A stretch of DNA of 64,000 bases from Burkholderiaceae bacterium (GTDB taxonomy: Bacteria > Pseudomonadota > Gammaproteobacteria > Burkholderiales > Burkholderiaceae_D). Shown here in pieces: positions 56,769 to 64,000 of the stretch. The stretch is taken from positions 2,401-66,400 of the forward strand of contig DATEZO010000094.1 of NCBI GenBank assembly GCA_035255485.1. Reading direction: 5' to 3'. A program made the position numbers and the translations under genes. The stretch's first letter is position 1. Every line of letters starts with the position of its first letter. The notes below the pieces were generated by a model. The model was not told the origin of the DNA, did no database searches, and saw nothing but the letters and a program-made list of their open reading frames with translations.

Positions 56769-57680
56769 TCATGCGGCGATTCTTGCGTCCCCGCACATCG
56801 GAAAGCCGAGCTGCTCGCGCGAGTCGTAATACGCCTGCGCGACCGCGCGCGACAGGTTGCGGATGCGGCCCATGTAGGCGGCGCGCTCGGTGACCGAAAT
56901 TGCGCCGCGCGCATCCAGCAGATTGAAGGTGTGCGCCGCCTTCAGGATCATTTCGTAGGACGGCAGCGCCAGCGGTACTTGCAGCAGGCGTTTGGCTTCG
57001 GCTTCGTAATTGGTAAACAGCGAGAACAGGAATTCGGTATTCGAATGCTCGAAGTTGTAGGTCGATTGTTCGACTTCATTCTGATGGAACACGTCGCCAT
57101 AGGTCAGGCGCTTGGCAATGCCGTGTTCTTCCCATTCGGTCCACACCAGGTCGTACACGTTTTCCACGCCCTGCAAATACATCGCAAGACGCTCGATACC
57201 GTAAGTGATTTCACCCAGCACCGGTTTGCAATCGAGGCCGCCGACCTGCTGGAAGTAGGTGAATTGGGTGACTTCCATGCCGTTCAGCCACACTTCCCAG
57301 CCCAGGCCCCATGCGCCCAGCGTCGGGTTTTCCCAATCGTCTTCGACAAAACGCACGTCATTTTGCCGCAGGTTCAGGCCGAGCGCTTCCAGCGAGCCGA
57401 GATACAGGTCGAGAATGTTTTCCGGTGCCGGCTTCAATACCACCTGGTATTGGTAGTAGTGCTGCATGCGGTTCGGATTCTCGCCGTAGCGGCCGTCTTT
57501 CGGCCGGCGCGACGGCTGTACATAGGCGGCGCGCCACGGTTCCGGCCCGATCGCACGCAGGAAGGTCGCGGTGTGCGAGGTACCGGCACCGACTTCCATA
57601 TCGTATGGTTGCAGCAGCGCGCAGCCTTGCGCGTCCCAATACGCTTGCAGCTTGAGAATGATTTGTTGAAATGTAAGCAT
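56769..57680 (-). CDS. glyQ: Glycine--tRNA ligase alpha subunit
   Basis: [34 protein letters not shown] is a canonical GlyQ N-terminus. Confidence 0.95.
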   Translation of the reverse strand: MLTFQQIILKLQAYWDAQGCALLQPYDMEVGAGTSHTATFLRAIGPEPWRAAYVQPSRRPKDGRYGENPNRMQHYYQYQVVLKPAPENILDLYLGSLEALGLNLRQNDVRFVEDDWENPTLGAWGLGWEVWLNGMEVTQFTYFQQVGGLDCKPVLGEITYGIERLAMYLQGVENVYDLVWTEWEEHGIAKRLTYGDVFHQNEVEQSTYNFEHSNTEFLFSLFTNYEAEAKRLLQVPLALPSYEMILKAAHTFNLLDARGAISVTERAAYMGRIRNLSRAVAQAYYDSREQLGFPMCGDARIAA

Positions 57681-57742
57681 CGTGGTGTTATCCGGCCTTG
57701 CTCCGCAAAAGAGCGGAAATGATGTTGCCAAAGCCCCTGATT

Positions 57743-59359
57743 TTAGCGGTTTTTGTCCGCGTTATGCGAATTGCGGCGGGTTTTGCGCTGCAAAAGCCAG
57801 GCAAGTGCCAGAATCAGCGCAGTCATTCCCACTATAAGCGAATTTCCAAACAGGATATATGGTGTGGCACCCTGATAGCCCTGTACCGAAGCGGCAAGCG
57901 CAGCGTGCTGGAGCGGCGGCAGTTGTGCGGTGACTTTGCCTTTCGGATTGATGATGGCAGTCATGCCGGTATTGGTTGCGCGCAGCATCGGGCGCCCGGT
58001 TTCCAGCGTGCGCATCTGCGAAATCTGCAGATGTTGCGGCAATGCGAGCGAATCGCCGAACCAGGCAATGTTGGACATGTTGAGCAGGATGCTTGCCTGC
58101 GGTGCGCCGGAGAAATAACTGGCCGCCAGTTGATTGGCGATTTCTTCGCCAAACAGATCCTCATAGCAGATATTCGGCAATATCCATTGATCCTTCACGG
58201 CAAAAGGCATTTGCAATGTTGCGCCGCTGGTCTGGTCGCCCAGAGGAATGCGCAGCATGTCGACGAACCAGCGAAACCCGGTTGGAATGAATTCGCCGAA
58301 CGGCACCAGATGATGCTTCTCGTAGCGATAGGGTGGCATGCCGGCAGCGGGCTGCTGCGGGAATACCATTACCGCATTCGAATATTGCTGCGGTCCGTCG
58401 CTGACCGGAATCCCGAGGGCAAGATGGCTATGCGACTGGCGTGCGAAGCCGGCCAGCAACTCGAGATAGTCCGGCGGAAGCTGATGCGGCAGCAGCGGGA
58501 TCGCCGTTTCCGGCGTGGCGATCAGGTCGGCCGGCGCCTGCCGGATCAAGTCGTAATACAGGCCCAGCGTTGCGCCGAGCTGCTCGCTGTCGAACTTGAT
58601 TTCCTGCGGCACATTGCCTTGCAGCAGCCGTACTGAAATCGGCTGGCCATGCGCTTCGGTCCAGTCGATCGATTTCAGTCCATAGCCCGTGCCGAGAATC
58701 ACCATTGCCAATAGCAATCCGCGCCTGTCGTGCGGCAGCAGGGCAAGGCAGCCCGCCAGGATTGCGGCCAGCCAGCCGATTCCATACACGCCGATCAGCG
58801 GCGCAAAGCCGGCCAGCGGACTGCCGGTATGCGCATAGCCGGACACGATCCAGGGGAAACCGGTAAACACCCAGCCGCGCAGCCATTCGGTCAGCGCCCA
58901 TGCCGCAGGGGCGAGCATCAGCAGGGTCATCGCGGGTGCGGCGTGCCAGCGTTGCCGGAGCCATGCCGTGCCGCCCATGGCCAGTGCGGTGAATGCACCC
59001 AGGCCGGCGGCGAACAGCACGACCGCAAGCGCCGCCATCCAGGCCGGCATGCCGCCATATCGATGCATGCTGATGTATAGCCAGTAGACGCCGCATGCCA
59101 TCCAGCCGAAGCCGTAGGCCCAGCCCAGCAGGGCACTGCGCCTGATCGTGCAGTCGCGCGCTGTTATCCCGAACATCAGCGCGAGCGTCAATAGCTGCAC
59201 CGGCCACCATCCGAACGGGGCAAAGGCAAGCACGCTGCATGCGCCCGCGGATGCAGCCAGCAACAGGGCGATCGAAGAGGACAGGCGGTTATTCACGGAA
59301 TGGAGTTTGGTTATCGATGTTTTATTACCCATGATGCGGCGTGCCAAAATCCTGGTCAT
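57743..59359 (-). CDS. lnt: Apolipoprotein N-acyltransferase
   Basis: Multi-TM N-half plus CN-hydrolase domain (ICYEDLF catalytic Cys). Alternative ATG at 59332. Confidence 0.9.
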   Translation of the reverse strand: MTRILARRIMGNKTSITKLHSVNNRLSSSIALLLAASAGACSVLAFAPFGWWPVQLLTLALMFGITARDCTIRRSALLGWAYGFGWMACGVYWLYISMHRYGGMPAWMAALAVVLFAAGLGAFTALAMGGTAWLRQRWHAAPAMTLLMLAPAAWALTEWLRGWVFTGFPWIVSGYAHTGSPLAGFAPLIGVYGIGWLAAILAGCLALLPHDRRGLLLAMVILGTGYGLKSIDWTEAHGQPISVRLLQGNVPQEIKFDSEQLGATLGLYYDLIRQAPADLIATPETAIPLLPHQLPPDYLELLAGFARQSHSHLALGIPVSDGPQQYSNAVMVFPQQPAAGMPPYRYEKHHLVPFGEFIPTGFRWFVDMLRIPLGDQTSGATLQMPFAVKDQWILPNICYEDLFGEEIANQLAASYFSGAPQASILLNMSNIAWFGDSLALPQHLQISQMRTLETGRPMLRATNTGMTAIINPKGKVTAQLPPLQHAALAASVQGYQGATPYILFGNSLIVGMTALILALAWLLQRKTRRNSHNADKNR

Positions 59360-59487
59360 CCCATCGCAAGCGGGGGTTCATTTTCAGGCGGCCGGAAATG
59401 GGGGTTTTCCCCGCAGGATACTATCCTGCGAAATGTCACATGGCAGGAACCAGGCTCCTGAGCGCTGTTTGCGAAACATGGTTGCGT

Positions 59488-60375
59488 TCAGGATGCGTTA
59501 TCGTCTTCTTCCGGCGGCGGTAATTTTTCCACCAGCAATACATGCGCCTGGCGCGCATCGGCCCGCAGCACTTCGAAGCGCACATGGTCGATATCGAATA
59601 TGTCACCTTTGCGCGGCACGCGGCCGAGATGATTGGCAACCAGGCCGCCGATGGTGTCGACATCGTCATCCGGGAAGCAGGTGCCCAGCGCCTGATTGAA
59701 TTGCGCGATTTCGGTCAACGCCTTGATGCGCCAGCGCATGCCGTGCGCGCCATCCTTGATCCGGAGCACGTTGTCTTCTTCTTCATCGAAATCGTATTCG
59801 TCCTCGATGTCGCCGACAATCTGTTCCAGCACGTCTTCGATCGTGATCAGGCCTGCCACGCCGCCATATTCGTCAACCACGATTGCCATGTGGTTGTGGT
59901 TTGCGCGGAAGTCGCGCAACAGCACGTTCAGGGGTTTCGATTCAGGAATGAAAATTGCGGGGCGCAGCATGTCGCGCACATCGAACGAGTCCTCCGCGTA
60001 ATAGCGCAGCAGATCTTTCGCCAGTAAAATTCCAACCACCTTGTCGCGGTCGCCCTCGATTGCCGGAAAGCGCGAATGGGCGGTTTCCAGCACCATCGGC
60101 AGCCAGCCGTCAATTGGCTTGGACAGGTCGATCATGTCAATTTGCGAGCGCGGAATCATGATGTCGCGGGCCGACAGGTCGGAGACCTGGAACACGCCTT
60201 CGATCATTGATAGCGCATCGGCGTCAATCAGATTGCGCTCATGCGCGTCGTGCAGGATTTCAAGCAGTTCGGTGCGGTTTTCCGGTTCGGGAGAAATCAG
60301 GGCAGTCAGCCGCTCGAACAGTGACCGATGGGGTTTGACGTCGATCGATTTGACGTCACTAGGGTGATCTGGCAT
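59488..60375 (-). CDS. corC: CBS/CorC_HlyC-domain Mg/Co efflux-related protein (YbeX)
   Basis: CBS pair (ARDIMIPRSQI.., VRDMLRPAIFIPE) and a C-terminal CorC_HlyC domain. ybeZYX-lnt synteny. Confidence 0.9.
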   Translation of the reverse strand: MPDHPSDVKSIDVKPHRSLFERLTALISPEPENRTELLEILHDAHERNLIDADALSMIEGVFQVSDLSARDIMIPRSQIDMIDLSKPIDGWLPMVLETAHSRFPAIEGDRDKVVGILLAKDLLRYYAEDSFDVRDMLRPAIFIPESKPLNVLLRDFRANHNHMAIVVDEYGGVAGLITIEDVLEQIVGDIEDEYDFDEEEDNVLRIKDGAHGMRWRIKALTEIAQFNQALGTCFPDDDVDTIGGLVANHLGRVPRKGDIFDIDHVRFEVLRADARQAHVLLVEKLPPPEEDDNAS

Positions 60376-60455
60376 ATGGCGTGAGCCGTGGGTCCGACAA
60401 AGTTTCAATGCGCCTAGGATACAACAAATGCACGTCGTACCCAAAAATGCAGAGA

Positions 60456-60911
60456 TCAGACGGCATACGGGTCGGGCTGATTCAGCTTCGTCAGGATCTC
60501 GATTTCGAGGGCTTCCATTTCGTCCGCTTCCTGCGCTTCTTCATGATTGTAGCCTTGCGCATGCAGCACGCCATGTACCACCAGGTGCGCAGCATGCGAC
60601 CGCACCGATTTGTTCTGCTCTGCCGCTTCGCGCTGCAATACATCGGTGCAAAGGATGATGTCCGCCATTGTCGTGTCGCTATCCTCATCCTCCGTGTAAG
60701 CGAAAGTCAGCACATTGGTGGCGTAATCCTTGCCGCGATAATCGCGGTTCAGGATGCGACCTTCCTCGGCGTCGACAAAGCGGATCGTGAGTTCCGCCGG
60801 AGCGAACAGGGCGGCCTGCACCCAGCGGCGCAGTGCGGTGCGCGAGACGATGTCTTTCAGGCGGGGGTCGGCGTATTGAACCGACAGGGAAAGTTTATTT
60901 TTTTGCGCCAT
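60456..60911 (-). CDS. ybeY: rRNA maturation endoribonuclease YbeY
   Basis: [15 protein letters not shown] zinc-binding motif. Confidence 0.9.
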   Translation of the reverse strand: MAQKNKLSLSVQYADPRLKDIVSRTALRRWVQAALFAPAELTIRFVDAEEGRILNRDYRGKDYATNVLTFAYTEDEDSDTTMADIILCTDVLQREAAEQNKSVRSHAAHLVVHGVLHAQGYNHEEAQEADEMEALEIEILTKLNQPDPYAV

Positions 60912-61929
60912 TGTCAGAATGCAGGGAGGAGTCGGAGGCGGTTGCCGCTTCATACGCATCGACAATCCGCGCCACCAGCGGATGCCGCACCACGTCGGCG
61001 CTGGTGAAATGGGTGAAGGCAATGCCGCGTACGTCCTTCAGGACCCGAATGGCATCGATCAGGCCGCTTTTCTGGTTGCGCTGCAGATCGATTTGCGTGA
61101 TGTCGCCGGTGATCACGGCCTTGCTGCCGAAACCGATGCGTGTCAGGAACATCTTCATCTGTTCCGGCGTCGTGTTTTGCGCCTCATCGAGAATCACGAA
61201 TGCATGGTTCAGCGTGCGGCCGCGCATGTACGCCAGCGGTGCGATTTCAATTGCCTGCTTCTCGAACATCTTCTGGGTGCGATCAAACCCCAGCAGGTCA
61301 TACAGCGCGTCGTACAGCGGGCGTAGATAAGGGTCGACCTTTTGCGCCAGGTCGCCGGGCAAAAAGCCGAGCCGCTCGCCGGCTTCCACCGCTGGGCGCG
61401 TCAGTACGATGCGCTGTACCGCATCGCGTTCCAGCGCATCGACTGCGCATGCCACTGCCAGATAGGTTTTGCCGGTGCCGGCCGGACCGACTCCGAAGGT
61501 GACATCATGCTCCAGCACCGACTGGAGGTACTGGTTCTGGTGCGGTGTGCGGCCGCGCAAATCGTGGCGGCGGGTTTTCAGTACCGGACTGTCGACACTT
61601 GCGCTGCCGGCTTCCTGCGCCGATGCGCGATGGTTTGCAGCAGCGGCCGGCGGCGTGCCCGCGCGCTGTTCCACCAGGGCAAGCTGCACGTCTTCAACCG
61701 CGATGTTCTTGTCGGCGATGGCATAGAAATGCGCCAGGATTTCCACCGCACGCCCAGCATTGGCGCCGCTGACGATAAATTTCTCGCCGCGCCGAAAAAT
61801 TGTCACATCAAGTGCCGCGGAAATCTGACGCAGGTTTTCATCCATCGGACCGCACAAGTGGGCGAGCCGCTTGTTATCGAGCGGCTCCGGGATGAAATGC
61901 AGCGGCTGGGAAGGGGATTTGGTTTTCAA
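60895..61929 (-). CDS. phoH: PhoH-family ATPase (YbeZ)
   Basis: Walker A GPAGTGKT and ILDEAQN Walker B. Confidence 0.9.
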   Translation of the reverse strand: MKTKSPSQPLHFIPEPLDNKRLAHLCGPMDENLRQISAALDVTIFRRGEKFIVSGANAGRAVEILAHFYAIADKNIAVEDVQLALVEQRAGTPPAAAANHRASAQEAGSASVDSPVLKTRRHDLRGRTPHQNQYLQSVLEHDVTFGVGPAGTGKTYLAVACAVDALERDAVQRIVLTRPAVEAGERLGFLPGDLAQKVDPYLRPLYDALYDLLGFDRTQKMFEKQAIEIAPLAYMRGRTLNHAFVILDEAQNTTPEQMKMFLTRIGFGSKAVITGDITQIDLQRNQKSGLIDAIRVLKDVRGIAFTHFTSADVVRHPLVARIVDAYEAATASDSSLHSDNGAKK

Positions 61930-62135
61930 TTTGTTTCAATCAGGGAAGATTGCGAAAAGTTCTGATGTGTCATTTCCACCTTTGCAGGGCGGATACTGAA
62001 AACGATATGCGTCAAGTAATCGGCCGATAACCGAATAACCGTAGTAAACGGTAGTCCAGACGTGCTTGCGCTTCCCCAGCTTGCCGAATGGCAGGATATC
62101 CGCGCCGTTCATCGCCATGGCTGATGTGCGATGAC

Positions 62136-63479
62136 TCAAGAGCCTTTGACCACAATCTCGCCGCGCAATGAGAACGGGTTGCTTTGCGTGACATGGATAT
62201 CGGCCATCTGCCCTATGAGTCGCGCCGCATGCGGCCCGCCGTCGAAATTGACAACGCGGTTGTTTTCGGTGCGCCCCTGCAATTCGTCCGGATTTTTCTT
62301 TGACGGGCCTTCCACCAGGATGCGCTGCACCGTGCCAAGCATTTGGTCGCTGTAGCGCCTGGTATTGTCCGTGATCACTGCTTGCAGGCGCTGCAGGCGC
62401 TTCAGCTTGGTCTCGTAAGGCGTGTCGTCCTGCAGGTTGGCGGCCGGCGTGCCAGGGCGTGCGCTGAAGACGAAACTGAAGCTGTTGTCGTAGCCGATAT
62501 CATCGATCAGCTTCATCAATGCCTCGAAATCCGCTTCGGTTTCGCCCGGAAACCCGACGATGAAATCCGATGAGATCGCGATATTGGGCCGCACTTCGCG
62601 CAGGCGGCGGATCAGGGATTTGTATTCGAGCGAGGTATAGCCGCGCTTCATTGCCGCCAGGATACGGTTGGAACCATGCTGCGCCGGCAAATACAGATGA
62701 TCGACCAGTTTCGGCACCTTGGCGTAGGTATCGATCAGACGCTGTGTGAATTCCTTTGGATGGCTGGTGACGTAGCGGATACGCTCGATGCCGTCGAATT
62801 CCGCGATGTATTCAATCAGGAGTGCAAAGTCGGCGATATCGCCATCGGCCATTTGGCCGCGATATGCATTCACATTCTGGCCCAGCAGCGTGATTTCCTT
62901 TACGCCCTGATCCGCCAGGCCGGCGATTTCCGCCAGTACATCCTCAAAGCGGCGCGAGACTTCCTCGCCGCGCGTATAGGGCACCACGCAATAGCTGCAA
63001 TACTTGCTGCAGCCTTCCATGATCGATACGAAGGCGGTTGCACCTTCGACTTTGGCCGGCGGCAGGTGATCGAATTTTTCGATTTCCGGAAAGCTGATAT
63101 CGACTTGCGCCTGGCCGGTGGCGCGTCGCTGGTTCAGCAGGGCTGGCAGGCGATGCAGTGTCTGCGGGCCGAATACCAGGTCGACGTACGGTGCACGCTT
63201 GACGATGGCATCGCCTTCCTGCGACGCCACGCAACCGCCAACGCCGATGACCAGATCGGGTTTGTCGCACTTTAGTTCGCGTAGCCGGCCAAGATCGGAA
63301 AATACCTTTTCCTGCGCCTTTTCGCGCACCGAACAGGTATTCAGCAGGATCACGTCGGCATCTTCCGGCGTATCCGTCTTGATCATGCCTTCAGCGGCAT
63401 GCAACACATCCGCCATCTTGTCCGAGTCGTACTCGTTCATCTGGCAGCCGAAGGTTTTGATGAATACTTTTTTGGGCAT
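62136..63479 (-). CDS. miaB: tRNA-i6A37 methylthiotransferase MiaB
   Basis: [16 protein letters not shown], radical-SAM [13 protein letters not shown]-terminus. ATG at 63477-63479. Confidence 0.95.
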   Translation of the reverse strand: MPKKVFIKTFGCQMNEYDSDKMADVLHAAEGMIKTDTPEDADVILLNTCSVREKAQEKVFSDLGRLRELKCDKPDLVIGVGGCVASQEGDAIVKRAPYVDLVFGPQTLHRLPALLNQRRATGQAQVDISFPEIEKFDHLPPAKVEGATAFVSIMEGCSKYCSYCVVPYTRGEEVSRRFEDVLAEIAGLADQGVKEITLLGQNVNAYRGQMADGDIADFALLIEYIAEFDGIERIRYVTSHPKEFTQRLIDTYAKVPKLVDHLYLPAQHGSNRILAAMKRGYTSLEYKSLIRRLREVRPNIAISSDFIVGFPGETEADFEALMKLIDDIGYDNSFSFVFSARPGTPAANLQDDTPYETKLKRLQRLQAVITDNTRRYSDQMLGTVQRILVEGPSKKNPDELQGRTENNRVVNFDGGPHAARLIGQMADIHVTQSNPFSLRGEIVVKGS

Positions 63480-63483
63480 GGAA

Positions 63484-63822
63484 TTATTGCGGTTGGGTAC
63501 TTTTCTGCGCAGGCAGAGGCAGGGCGGCTTCCTCGGCATCCAGAATCCAGATACGGTCGATATCGCCTTCCGCCGTTTCCGTATAGTTGACGACCCGCCC
63601 ATCGCCGCGTAGCGAGGCCGGCTGTTCCAGCAGGTTGTCTTCATTCCAGATGCGCGCGCCAGCCGACAGTCGCCGCATCTTGCCATCGATGATGATCTCA
63701 GGATAAGGCGCCGGCGACATCGTTCCGCGCTTGGCGGTTGGCGCAAACGAGCGGTCAAGCGCAATGGCCGGCAGCGCACTCGCTGCTAATGCCGCACATA
63801 ACAGAACACGTCGAATCCACAT
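63484..63822 (-). CDS. Small secreted hypothetical protein
   Basis: 112 aa with a clear signal peptide ([16 protein letters not shown]). Stop lies 4 nt upstream of the miaB start. No family recognised. Confidence 0.5.
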   Translation of the reverse strand: MWIRRVLLCAALAASALPAIALDRSFAPTAKRGTMSPAPYPEIIIDGKMRRLSAGARIWNEDNLLEQPASLRGDGRVVNYTETAEGDIDRIWILDAEEAALPLPAQKSTQPQ

Positions 63823-64000
63823 GTCAGATTCCGCTTTGGAAATAAATTGCGTACGCGATACGGACCAGTGCGCTGATACTGAAGCTCGTCCTCCCGGTCG
63901 CCGGGAAAAGCGGGTGAATCAATGGCGTCTGCGAATTGATGGAAAGGGCGCCCGGGCACTGGCGATGGAGTGCGAGAGTATACCATCAATGGATTGACGA

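Noticed and set aside
61936-62139. 67-aa ORF in the miaB-phoH intergenic gap
   Set aside because: No family resemblance, no obvious RBS, rare codons (tta, cga, ata) and lower GC than the coding average. It is more likely the phoH promoter or leader region. I cannot exclude a small protein without conservation data.
1-64000. CRISPR arrays, tRNA/rRNA genes, IS elements, integrases, prophage or defence-system genes (restriction-modification, toxin-antitoxin, Cas, abortive infection)
   Set aside because: By-eye reading of all ORF translations and intergenic regions found no regularly spaced repeats, no tRNA T-arm or rRNA-like sequence, and no transposase, recombinase or nuclease families. Small TA pairs could be missed without HMM searches.

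Overview
High-GC betaproteobacterial (Burkholderiales/Oxalobacteraceae-like) chromosomal window, densely coding. No rRNA, tRNA, CRISPR array, transposase, integrase or phage genes were recognised. Four blocks are visible. (1) 1-8.8 kb is a minus-strand iron and oxidative-stress locus. It holds an orphan NapG/NapH-like ferredoxin pair, a TonB-dependent siderophore receptor, hemP-tonB-exbB-exbD behind a perfect palindromic Fur box, bacterioferritin, a PepSY-TM protein, a peroxiredoxin and Bfd. (2) 9-33 kb is mostly housekeeping: mnmA, a NUDIX gene, panD, pntAB, pepP, a ubiH-family gene, murU-amgK, lptD-surA-pdxA-rsmA. It is interrupted at 15-23 kb by an accessory islet of small-molecule-binding, tailoring and regulatory genes plus an OMP and a PmrA/QseB-type two-component system. 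(3) 34.4-49.8 kb is the most specialised region, a roughly 15 kb xanthomonadin-type aryl-polyene (type II PKS-like) cluster. It has an ACP, an aryl-AMP ligase, a KS/CLF pair, two hotdog dehydratases, a KR, a LolA-like carrier, an MMPL exporter, acyltransferases, a GT2 and a XanB2/FkbO-type chorismatase. No halogenase is present, and a bipartite REP-like element is inserted at two consecutive gene junctions. (4) 50-64 kb is housekeeping: gloA, plsC, gmhB, glyQS, lnt-corC-ybeY-phoH-miaB. The cluster class is already described, so I do not claim a new system. The less-explained signals are a shared roughly 45-nt leader motif upstream of two iron genes, a Fur-box-driven structured leader or sRNA candidate upstream of bfd, a structured region upstream of panD, and the REP read-through tails. 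All calls rest on reading the ORF translations and the DNA by eye. No database search was run.
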